A stretch of 64,000 bases of DNA from contig CM102289.1 in NCBI GenBank assembly GCA_046563655.1, forward strand, positions 6,262,001-6,326,000, read 5' to 3'. The first letter of the stretch is position 1, and each line of letters begins with the position of its first letter. The position numbers and the translations under genes are program-made. Origin of the DNA: Yuukianura sp. NJ FZ-2021. Its lineage: Eukaryota. A model generated the notes under the pieces. The model saw only the letters and a program-made list of their open reading frames with translations, was not told the DNA's origin and ran no database searches. Positions 13,914 through 25,689 of the stretch are shown piece after piece.

Positions 13914-16036
13914 ATGGGTCACTTTTCAAAAATATTGTCATTGTCAATTCTAACTTCTATTTTAGTAATACTAGTAGCAGCTGAAAATGAAACAACTTCG
14001 GACGGGTCGGAGGCAAAAGTTTTTGAAAAACATGAAAATCCAGACGTAGCGCTGCTTCAAGAGTATTTGCAAATTGACACCTCACATCCACATCCAGATT
14101 ATGGTAAAAAGAAATAACGTTTATAATTTTTTCTGTAAGCTGCAACAAGTTAGTTTTTCTTACAGAAGTATATTTTGTTTTCAATAGAATCAGCAGTGTC
14201 ATGGCTGGAAACTCAAGCGAAGTTGTTGGAACTGGAATTCCAGCGATACGATGTACCCTTGGACACAAATGAGACTACTCCAGTGGCAATCATGACTTGG
14301 CCTGGAAGTGATCCTGCATTGGAAACACTTTTGCTTTATAACCACATGGACGTAGTTCCAGTTGACAGAGTTCGAAAACTGCTTCCTCTTAAGGAATTAC
14401 GAACGTTATAAATTTAAAAGTGTAATTTCTTTTAGAAAACCTGGACAGTGGATCCATTCGGAGGCGAAGTAATTGAAAACAAAATCTACGGAAGGGGAGT
14501 TCAGGACATGAAATCGACTAGCGTTGAACAAATATTGGCCTTTCGAAATTTGAAATCCAAAAATTTCAAGCCCTTAAGAACTATTCATTTCGGCTTCTTT
14601 CCAGGTAAGTTTAAATGCAAAGAATTTGAAAAGCAGTTTTAAAAATTTTCTAAACTTAAAAAAAATTTTCTTTTGTGCCAGATGAGGAACTAGGAGGTCA
14701 TGCCGGAATAAAGTTATTCCTTGCCACGCCTGAATTTGAGGCCTTGAAACTTGGATTTGTGTTAGACGAGGGAATGTATAATGAGAAAGGCGTTCTGCAA
14801 GTGTCCTATGCTGAGCGCAAAGTTTTATGTAAGATTTAGCACCTTTTCCAATTGGCAATTATCACCGACTGAGGCTTGTTAATCTAAAATTGCAATTTTA
14901 AAATTCTACATGCGTCACTTCAAATAAACAGGGGTAAAGTTCACAATGTCAGGAACTTCTGGACATGGATCTTTGCTAACAAATAACACGGCAGGTGAGA
15001 AGTTGCAAAAGGTGATAAATAGAATGCTAAATTTAAGAAGTCATGAAGCACAGCGACTCGCAATGGGAAAATCAACTACACTGGGTGACGTCACTTCAAT
15101 TAACTTAAACATGATTGGGGTAACTTGAACACTGGAATATGCTTTCGCATAAATTTGTTAAAACGGTGAAATATTTCCAGGGCGGAATTCAAGAAAATGT
15201 AACGCCACCTCAACTTTGGGCTATTTTTGACATCCGTGTAACTCCGAGTTGGAATTTGGCCGAGTTTTCCAAATTTTTGAACGAAACTTGTGAGCTTGCT
15301 GGTTCCGACGTTACTTATGAGCTCAAAAATTCAGATTTTAGCACCGAAACATCAACTGAACTTACACTCAATACTTGGTGGGGAAAGGCTTTCCATGAAA
15401 CCTGCCAAGAAATGTAAGTTTGAAGTTTCTGGCAAAAACGCAATAAAAGCCTGTTTCAAAACAGATTATTAAAAAAAATTGCTTCCAGAAATTTGCCATA
15501 CGAGACCCGCGTATTTCCAGCTGCAACGGATGGCCGGCATTTGCGTAAAATTGGAATTCCAGTGCTGGGCATTAGCACTGCCTTCAATACTCCAAGCTTA
15601 ATGCATGCTCCCGACGAATACCTCCAAATACATGACTTTACTCAAGGAACTAACATCTACACAGCTTTGATCGAAGGACTAGCATCGGCACAAGGTCCAC
15701 AACCTGACCCTGTAGTTGAACCAAAAGAGCAAAAAAACGTTGACCTTGAACAGAAAGGCACAAGTCACCAAGAAGTTGATTCCGGTCCAAAGCCCAGCCA
15801 AAGTGAAACGACTCTTTACCCAGTTGATTCTAAACGAAAGTAAGTTTGCTTCAACATTTGAAATTTTGATCTAGCAAGTTGCAAATTGTAGTTACAAATT
15901 TTGCTAATTCTGAACTAATTCTTTTAGGAAAGTGAAGTCACATTCTGGAAGCGGACAAATCACTCCAATTACTTTGAACTTGACAATAATTTTGAGCCTT
16001 TGCATTTTCACTGCTTTTACAATTTTTCCAATCTAA
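13914..16036 (+). CDS. Aminoacylase-1-like M20A peptidase, copy 1, with signal peptide and hydrophobic C-terminal tail
   Basis: LLYNHMDVVP, IYGRGVQDMKS, FFPDEE, LDEG, GHGSL, PAATDGRHLR, LMHAPDEYL. Last exon 15928-16036 (phase-2 intron 15840-15927) encodes KKVKSHSGSGQITPITLNLTIILSLCIFTAFTIFPI*. Confidence 0.9.
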
Positions 16037-16731
16037 AAAAAGCGTTGAAAAAATAATAATTCTTCGATTTAAAAATTTTGAAATAATAAATTTTCCAAAA
16101 TGGTTGTTGTTACTAAACTAAAATCAGGAATTGTATTTTTGTAACCCAACCTTCTCATATCCAGGAGGTAATCGACGAACAATTTATTGACTGTTGGGAC
16201 GTAAAAAACAAATAAAATTCAAAATTCGAAAAGCAATGATGCATACTGTAGAATTGAAAATAAAGTACTATGTTCGTGCAGTGTATGACTTTCAAAAAAG
16301 ATTGATTTTATGCTGTTCCGGAGAAATTCCTCAATCCCCAGGAATTTGAAAAATTGATGATAGCAAGTAGATATTCCAGCCTAAATTTATTTCAGCCCAT
16401 TGTCAAAAAATTTTTATTCGTTAGTGTTACTCAAAAATCACTTTGGACTAAGCTCCTCCTGGATTTTTTTGTTAGCTATTACATAATTGTTGAAATTCAA
16501 ACTGACATAACCTTGACTGATGGAAGAAATCATGTTCTGGAGTAATCCAGAACTTGAATGCACATCGGCAATGTTATTGAAAAAGTATTTGTGTAAAAAT
16601 CACTTCTTTGATTAAGTTTTCGGTATTCTACCAAAAAATTATTGGAATGGTAGATAAGTGATCCTGTGCTTTCCAGAATTAATTCAAAATAAAATTATCA
16701 GGAAGAAATTCACTCAAGATTTCCTAAAACT

Positions 16732-18848
16732 ATGAAATTGTGGTTTTTAGCACTCAGTTGGCTTGATAACTTATGGAAGAAGGTTTTGGAAAATATCGGA
16801 AGAGAAGTTTTTTTTTCTTACAATAAACTATTCGCTATTTTTGAGTTATGATTTTAAAAACCCTCTTGATTTGGTTAGTTAGTTTTTTAATTTTGTGCAG
16901 TTGTGATGATGTGCAACTTCTACAAGATTACTTGCAGATTGACACTTCGCATCCAACTCCTGACTATGGTATTTAAAAATCATTGTGTAATTTAAATTTT
17001 ATATCGGATTTAAAACAATGAATTAATTTATTTTTTACTTTAAATTTAGAGTCGGCTGTTACATGGTTAGAAATTCAAGCAAACACTTTTGAATTGGATT
17101 TTCAAAGAATTGATTTGACTCCAGAAGAAAACCTCTCTTTCCCAATGGCATTAATAACGTGGACAGGGACAGACCCAACGTTAGACTCTGTTCTACTCTA
17201 CAATCATATGGACGTTGTTCCAGTGGATACAGTTGGAAAAAATCTAATCATTCAAGATTTTAAACAAAACCTATTTTTAAAAAAAGTTAATTTTTTTTAC
17301 TCCAATTAGTTGCATTTTTTTTCAAGGACTCTTGGACGGTAAATCCATTTGGTGGGGAAATCATTGAGGACAAAATTTATGGACGTGGAGTTCAGGATAT
17401 GAAAAGTGTTGGAATTGAACAACTAATTGCAATTCGAAACCTAATAGAAAGAGGATGTAGACCTTCGAGAACAATCCATGTTGGGTTCTTTCCTGGTAAA
17501 CTTTTCAAAATTTTGAAAAAAAATCACATTTTAAAGTGTACTTTTACTTATTTTTGTATACATTTTAATTTCAAAAGACGAGGAACAAGCTATGACTGGA
17601 TTAAGGTCGTTTATGAAAACTCCGATTTTCGAAACTTTGAAAATTGGGTTTGCCCTTGACGAGGGAATGCATAATGAGAATGGCGTCTTGGAAGTTTACT
17701 ACACGCAACGCTCATGTCTTTGTAAGATACTCCTCGTCACGATTCAAAAAAAAAATTGGACTTTCAAACATGTGGTAAAAACTGACTTCCACATTTTGAA
17801 TAGGGGTAAAGTTTACAATGCCAGGGACTTCCGGACATGGATCTATGCTGATGAATAACACTGCTGGTGAGAAGTTGCAAAAACTGTTAAACAGGATGCT
17901 GAATTTGAGGAATCATGAAGCACTGCGCCTCAAATTACAAAAATCAATCACTCTGGGTGACGTCACTTCCATTAATTTAAACATCATTGAGGTAAAGTAA
18001 AGTTCAAATTATGAAAAATGTTCCGTTTTGTTCCATTTGTTTTTAAATTTGAGTAATTTTGTAGGGCGGGATTCAAGAAAATGTTGTGCCACCTCAACTG
18101 TCGGTTACTTTTGACATTCGACTTACTCCAAGTTGGGACTTGGCTGTATTTCTGCAGTTTCTAGACGAGACATGCGCAGAAGCAGGGCCAGACGTGACTT
18201 ATGAGATTCTCGGTGACTTTACTGCTGAAGGTCAAGGTCAACCTGATTCTACGGATGTGAACAGTAAAACTTGGTGGAACCTGGCCATCTCAAAAGCCGC
18301 AGAGAAAAGGCAAGATTTTGAAAATCAATTATAATATGTACAACTCTTTTGCCAGTTTTCCTAAAAATTAGAATGTAATTTTTCAGGAACTTGAAAATTG
18401 TCCACAAGGTTTTTCCGGCATCGACTGATGGTCAATTTTTAAGAAAGATTGGAATTCCTGTACTCGGCATGAATACAATTTTCAAATCTCCGGGTCTAAT
18501 GCATTCCAACGACGAATTTCTCTACATGGATGATTTTACAGAAGGCATAGAAATTTATACAGAAGTCATTAGAAATCTGGCTTTGCCTACAACGAAAAAA
18601 TCCACTTCACATCATCGTATTGGAGGAACCAAATCACAGTAAGCACTACACTACTTAATCACTTGTCCGAAATTTTTGGCAAAGTTAAAATATTAAGCCA
18701 AAATATAAAAAGTAACGGTATACGTTGAATATTTGTCACATTTTTTTTCAGAAAATCAACATCGCGTGCTGCAGGTAGACGTCCAATGATAATTGAATTG
18801 GTCTTCCTTCTGGTGACTTTGGTGACAGCTGTATTACAATGGATTTGA
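16732..18848 (+). CDS. Aminoacylase-1-like M20A peptidase, copy 2; 5' end uncertain, hydrophobic C-terminal tail
   Basis: Same motifs as copy 1 (NHMDVVP, GRGVQDMKS, LDEG, GHGSM, PASTDG, MHSNDEFL). Last exon 18752-18848 encodes QKSTSRAAGRRPMIIELVFLLVTLVTAVLQWI*. First clearly homologous exon starts at 16901. Confidence 0.82.
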
Positions 18849-19471
18849 ATTTTTGAAACGTTTCAAATTTGTAGTGAGGTAAGTTGAGTTTATGTTTTAA
18901 AATGTATAAAAAAAAATCTGCTAAAAACTCAAGTTCAAAATTATATTGAACAAAAATCTTTTGTCTGTCACTTTTCGAAACGCCTTTATTGTTGTACAAG
19001 ATTTGAACTTCCAGAATTGTATTGTTTTTTTTTTCAGTATTGCCTTACAGTGGGTAATTTTTAATTAAATTCAACCTAACTCACCCAAACCTAAATGTAG
19101 AAACAGTTCCTGAAACATTAATAAAAACTTGGCAAACATCTTTGAAAATTTCTGACGTCTTTTGTGAAATGGAGTGAAAGGTTGTTTACGAACGAAGCCA
19201 AAATCAATATTCATTTGAAACTCTCCTTTTCATAAGTTTTTAATAATCGCCATAAGAGAATGACAATACTTTTCCATTTTACTTTAAAGTTTTTCTAAAT
19301 TTTACTAGGCAATATACATTAAGATATCAACATTTTTCAAAAACGGATGAATAAATTATGCATTTTCGGGCTCGTTCTAAAAATATTTTCCAGAAGTTTT
19401 TTCGCATTTGGTAATTGAACGTCCCAACATCAACACGAAGTTCATCACTGTCGAAAATTTACAACTTTAAA

Positions 19472-20801
19472 ATGTTAAGTGATCGGCGACTTTCAATTTT
19501 GTTGTTACCGCTCCGTGTTGCATCATTCTGTAAAACTGTTCCATATTTCTGGGATACAAAGAACTTTGAATGGAAAGTATCATCGTCAAGGTCTGTTTTG
19601 GTCAAGTGGAGATTGTTTCAGTTGAGCTTTTACGTCGTAACTATTGGAGCTGCGTTGAACACTTTGCGACTCTCAAACCAACGACCACTTTCACAGGTTC
19701 TAGGAAGCCTCGTTGGTCTTTGCGTACTTGGACAGGCGACAGTTTTCCAAATCTTGATGACATTTTATGGCGGGAATTTGGCATTTTTGGCAACAATAAG
19801 CTTTCGATTTTTCAAGAATATGCAAAGTAAGTGATAAAAATTTTTCGAACGAACCGTGGAACGAAAATTGGTATTTCTTTAATAATGCTAAAATCATTTA
19901 GGTCGATACGTCAAACAACATGCACCACGCATTGACCCGATCTGTGACATTTTACTAATAGTCGTCCCAGTGGCCGCAACTGCGCTCTGCTTCATGGGCT
20001 TCTGCTACAATATATACAAACCTCAGATCCCTGTGTTTATGTCATCGTTGAGTGACGACACAGAAGCTTCACTTCTGCGCATGCCATACTTATACATACC
20101 AACGGTCGTAATGCTTCTTGGAATTGACACCTTTGTAAGCTTGATGGTGCCCGTTGTGATCCTATTTACGCTCAACATCATCTTCATCACGAGTGAACTA
20201 AAGTAAATTTACCAAAAAAAAGAAAAAAACGCATTTTTTTTTTGCTCAAGGAAAAATTGAAGCTTTACGCGTAACACATTTTCCGTTAACTTTCAGAGCA
20301 AAGTCCACAAGTCCATACACTACAGAGAGTCTACGAAGACCGGAAACCGTACTAAAAATTTACCGCCAAATTCAAATCTTGTTGGCAGTTGAAAACCAAT
20401 ATTTCAGAGACCTTTGGGTAGCAGCGTTGGAAAGTACACTTTTTCTGGTAGTTGCGACGAACACGTCCTTGCTACTCTTCTACCGCCGAATACCACGCGC
20501 CGGCAGTATAATTCTTCTGGGAATAACTCTAATGGGTACGGCATTTCTATTTTTGGCGTACCTGGCTCTCGGCAGAGTCTACGACAAGTCAAGCAAGTGC
20601 GTCAATTCTTGGAAACGGAACACCAGGTTGGACAGAATCAATCGGAACTACGTGCTGACTTATCTCCGTTCCTGCAAGATCAACTGTTTCCAATTGAGCA
20701 GTTTCGGACCGATTCGCAAAGTTCATAGTATTCGCGTATTAGCCAAAATTATTTACTTTACATCCAAATCTGTATTGGTCATTGGTAGGAGAACACGTTG
20801 A
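19472..20801 (+). CDS. Divergent gustatory-receptor-like multi-TM chemoreceptor (3 exons)
   Basis: Multiple hydrophobic helices, about 390 aa. The C-terminus YLRSCKINCFQLSSF..IIYFT resembles arthropod 7TM chemoreceptors and the gene at 30719-32042. Confidence 0.6.
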
Positions 20802-21496
20802 TTTCACGACATACAACCCATGCATGCGTAAAACCCAATGCAACTGCGTCAATACCGATGCGTCAACTCATCACGTCGTCGAATCTACTCACGCGTTTGG
20901 CAATTACAATTTGTCATTCTTTCCTGCTTTCTGATGAGTATATTTGTTACAAACGATATAACTTTTACAAAAAAAAACGTATCTCCTAAATATGTTGTGC
21001 TACTTTTTTCGTTTTCTAAAATTCTTGTATGTGTTGTGTTGTAAGCAGTGGTATTGATTGAGGAGCCGCCGTGTTCTAGAATGATCTTGAATCTTAAATG
21101 ATCACAGTGAATATACTTTTGCCTTGGTGCATTCTTAGCTTTACTTGATGTTTGCGTGACTAATCACTGCATAGCTAACCACGGTTAAGCCAGAGTCATT
21201 TGTAAGGTGAGTCATTTGTAAAAGTAATTATAACTACGCGGGTGGAATAATTTTGGAGGAATAATTATCACTGGAGGAAGCAAGTATGAAGTATTTTCCC
21301 AGTACTAAAATTATTTAAATTTTCGAACTTGGAATTAGAAGATGTGTTTTTTCCTTCCTTCGAATTTCTGAAAACGACTGCAACTCATATCACGGAACTG
21401 CAAGTTCAGTTTTAAAGGTTCGCACAACAAGAGTGTTGCGTTTCTAGACAGAAGGGGGAAAGTTATCTAGAAAAAGGTTTCAAATTTTTGAGCAAA

Positions 21497-21816
21497 ATGT
21501 GCTTGGACTTTGACGAATTGATGGAGTGCGCTTTGTGCGCAGCTTGCTGTTACTTGTGCTGCAGTTGCTGTAAAGGTAAGCATTTCCCAAGTATTTTTCG
21601 AAAAATCTAATTTCTGAAAAATCATTTTGTGCAATTTTTTGAAATTTGACACACATTTTAGACAAAAAAGATCAACAACCGACCGTAATTCAACAACCAG
21701 TCATCGTCCAACCACAGCCGTATGGTCAACCGTATGGACAGCCATACGCTCAACCTGCACCATATCCACCACCACCGCAAGGCTACTACGGTCCACCACC
21801 GCAGCAGCGCTGGTGA
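21497..21816 (+). CDS. 77-aa Cys-rich / Pro-Gln-Tyr-rich microprotein (2 exons)
   Basis: Exons 21497-21575 and 21662-21816 (GTAAGC..TTTAG) give MCLDFDELMECALCAACCYLCCSCCKDKKDQQPTVIQQPVIVQPQPYGQPYGQPYAQPAPYPPPPQGYYGPPPQQRW*. AAAATG start context and a downstream AATAAA. Confidence 0.8.
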
Positions 21817-22668
21817 AAAGACATTTGACAATTTTCAAGGTTTAAAAAACTAAAAAAAAAATTAGCAACTCTGTTAAAAATAAACTGCTCCATCTGCTTA
21901 ATTGAATTATGTATTGAGATTTTTGAAAGGAAAAAAAACATCTCTTGCTTTTTTTTTGTTAGTTAATCCACAACTTTTCATGGATTTCATGTACTACCTT
22001 GTATTGGTAAATCAAAATTAAATAAAATTCACTCTTGATTTTACTTCCAAAATTTTAAAACCTCTCAATTCAAGTTATACTGAAAAATGTTATGACTCGT
22101 CTACAGTTTTTGAAGTATTTTTGGACTATGGATCGTTCTAATCACTTCTGTTTGCAATAGAATATCACTTCAAAGTCACATTGTTCTGAAATACTCCAAA
22201 AGTTTCGAACTTCTTCGAATCTTCCATTATTGTGCTGTTAATCAGTTGAACAAGGACACTTTCAATTCTAGAAAGTTTTTTTTTCAACTACTGACACTAT
22301 TTCATCATCCAGAAACAAATTTTTGTTGGGCAGCACCCACAGGTCACCGCTTTTTATTAACAAGAACTCAAGAATTTTTTCCTAACTGAATGAGCAAAAA
22401 ACAGCCTGATTGAGTGGCATTTTAGTACTCAATACAATGTGTTTTTTTTTCACTAACCTTGTGACTAGGACACAACATAAGTTAGCATACTTTTGTCGTT
22501 ATCCATAGTTAGAGTGAACTGGACATATGAATTGCACACTGACTGACTGACTGAAGGTCAGTGACGATAGCAAATCATACGCTGTGCGTGACGACAAACA
22601 GAAAACTGAAATCCACTTTGCGGTTTGCAAGTAGTTGATTTTTGACACTTCTCCGTAGTTAACGCAAA

Positions 22669-24634
22669 ATGTGGAACACAAAATTGCTCGTGTCAACGTC
22701 CATCATTCTAAGCGTTTTCCTGTTCACATCCATTCCAGATCATGCGCAGGGAGCCAAGATTTTGACCGTCGGTTTTATTTCATCCAAGAGTCACAAAATT
22801 ACATACGAACGTCTTCTAGAGGAACTTGGAGCTAGAGGTCACGAGGTCACAGTCCTTTCTCCAATTGTGTCTCACAAGAAAGTCAAAAATGTCAAACAAA
22901 TTTTGACGGTAGACGCTGAAAAAATGACAGAAGAGCAAGGAAAGGAAATGCCTAACTTTTTTGAAATGAAGGAGAAAGGCGAAGAAATGAATCCGTTCAA
23001 GATGCTGGATATGTTTGGAAAATACTGTAAAATTACATATGACCTCCCCCATGTCCAGGCGCTGCTCAAAGAAAAGTTTGACCTCGTCATTGTTTCGGCT
23101 ATATTCAACGAATGTGCAGCAGGATTTGTTTACAAGCTGAACACAACGATAATCATGATAAGTCCAGCAGGAGTAAGTTCTTGGTTGACACACTTTACAG
23201 GGGGGTCAAGTCCCCCTTCGTTCGTTCCCAACCTCTTCAATTCCTATACTGATCGAATGACATTCTACCAACGAACGATGAATTTTGTGACAGAGGTCAT
23301 GGGGTCAGTCGTCTACAACTTCTATTACTCACCATACATGGCTGAACTCTACCGAAATAAACTCAACGACTCTAGCATTCCATTGCCATTTGACGTTTTC
23401 AAAAACACAAGTTTGATGCTCTCAAACGGTCACTTTGCTCTTAATTCACCAAAACCATTCCTGCCAGACATTATCGAAGTTGCCGGCATGCATTGTGTTC
23501 CGGCACAAAAATTACCGGCGGTAAGTTCAAAATTGCTGAAATATCAAAATTCTTTTGCTTTTTGAAATGATAATCACGTTAATAAAACGTATTTTGAAAA
23601 AGAAATCAAAATTAGCTCCACATGTTTCTAGGATCTTGAAAATTTCATCAACGGAGCTGGTGAACATGGCTTCATTTACTTTAGCATGGGCTCCGCTATT
23701 CGAGGATCAACACTGCCAGAGAAAAAACGAAAAATGTTTTTGGCGGCATTTTCAAAAATGAAACAACGAGTTTTGTGGAAATGGGAAACGGAGACAATGG
23801 ACGACTTACCGCCAAATGTAAAACTAAGCAAGTGGTTACCGCAACAAGATATTTTGGGTCATCCCAAACTGCGGTAGAGTTTGAATCTTAGTTATTTATT
23901 TAATATAAATTTTTGATTTATATATTTTGATTACTTTTTTGCAGTGTGTTCATTACACATGGTGGATTTGGAAGTATTACGGAGTCAGTTTACCATGGAG
24001 CTCCTCTTATTGGTATTCCAATGTTCGGAGACCAAGGCCTGAACGTACAAGTGGCAAAAGAGAAAGGTTTTGCTTATCCACTTGATTTTAATGCACTTAC
24101 GGAGGATGTGCTAGTGTCAGCTATGAATACTGTCATCACTGATCCGAAGTACGTTTCAAAGAAAAATATATTTAACAAACCTAGATAACTTTTTAGGCTA
24201 GTACATGACGGAATTTAAAAATATTTGTTAGGTACAAGGACAGTGTACGAGCTTTGTCTCAAATTTTCCGCGATCAACCGCAGGCAGCTCTAGATCGAGC
24301 TGTGTTCTGGACGGAGTATATTATACGTCACAAAGGTAAATTTATATTAACAATTCCTTACTAAAAAAGAATTTTTTTCAATCCAATGTTCAATTTATAA
24401 TAATTTTAATTTTTTTTTGTAATACAATTAATTATAGGAGCACTTCACCTTCGGTCAGCTGCCAGGGATTTAAACTTTATGCAGTACTATTCACTGGACG
24501 TTATTAGTTTCTTGCTTGCAATTGTATTCATCACCTTCTATATAGTTGCCAAAATTATTTGCTTCATTTGGACCAAATTATGTGGCGGGAAAAAACAAAG
24601 TTCAGGTACAACTAAATCTAAGAAGAAGAACTAA
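22669..24634 (+). CDS. UDP-glycosyltransferase, copy 1
   Basis: Signal peptide, SKSH, signature [45 protein letters not shown] helix and KSKKKN* ER-retrieval tail. Confidence 0.95.
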
Positions 24635-25201
24635 CACCTAAACAAGAATAAAAACAAAACTAACCCATTACAATTTTAATTTGAGTAAAACAGCCAATTT
24701 TTAAAATTGAGTGTAACTCGTGGAATACCGTAATTTCAACGTATGTTTTAAATAAATATTGGTTTGAACAAAACTGAAAACGGTTACAACGAACAATCGG
24801 AGTGAAAAGTATATTTTATTTTTATATTTCGTCTATTTTATTTCATACATCTATTTTTTATACTTGCAACTTATTTGGTTCTATTTTTTTTCTTTCAATT
24901 TTGTATTACATGTTACCATAAAAGCATAAAAAAGTTCTTCACCGGTTACTTTTCATTGAACGCGCAATTAATAATAAAAGTTTCTGGGAAATAAAGTTCG
25001 ATGTTTTTACTTGCAAGTTTTACTATGATTTTATTATAATGTAGATTGCATGGAAAATCAATGAGCATCAAGACTAGCACCAAATTTTTAGTCAAAATCA
25101 AACAAAATCTCATGGGCTATTTTGTAAAGACATCGCTGTGAAATGATATGGTAAATACTCTACTCAAGCTTAACTCGAAATTTTGTTTATTTCATCTTAT
25201 A

Positions 25202-25402
25202 AGGTTATGTCAAAACTCTTGTTTTTAAATTTTCAAATTTTTTGAATCACACATCTGACGCGGCTCCGTTGCGTTAGCAATTCGGAATCAAAATTTTGAC
25301 TCAGCAACGTGAAATTTAAAAGAGTTTTGTGAAAATCAATAAAATTGGTACAAAAGTTGTTTTTTCTTGTTTTTTTTTTAAATCGGAGTTATGACATAAC
25401 CT
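25202..25402. mobile_element. Possible MITE-like insertion in the UGT1-UGT2 spacer
   Basis: Inverted repeats AGGTTATGTCAAAACTC / GAGTTATGACATAACCT (16/17 match). The surrounding ~280 bp is absent from the homologous UGT2-UGT3 spacer. Confidence 0.5.
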
Positions 25403-25689
25403 CTTACGCCATTTTAGTATAAATGGTCATTATAACAACCTTGGTTGAGCTCACTAGTGTGTTGAGCTCAAAAACTACGTGACCATTTTTGCACTTGTGA
25501 CAGAAACACTTCAAATTTTTTATTGACCTTGCGAACCAGTTATTCTAAACGGCTAAAGGTCATTTATGATGGAGATATCATTGTGTGCAGCAGAACCTAC
25601 AAAAATGAAGGCAGTGTCCTCTTCTACTTCACTCCAGTTTTGTAATTTGAAGTTCAGTTGATCTTTGGCACTTTGCCGTTAGTGTCAAA

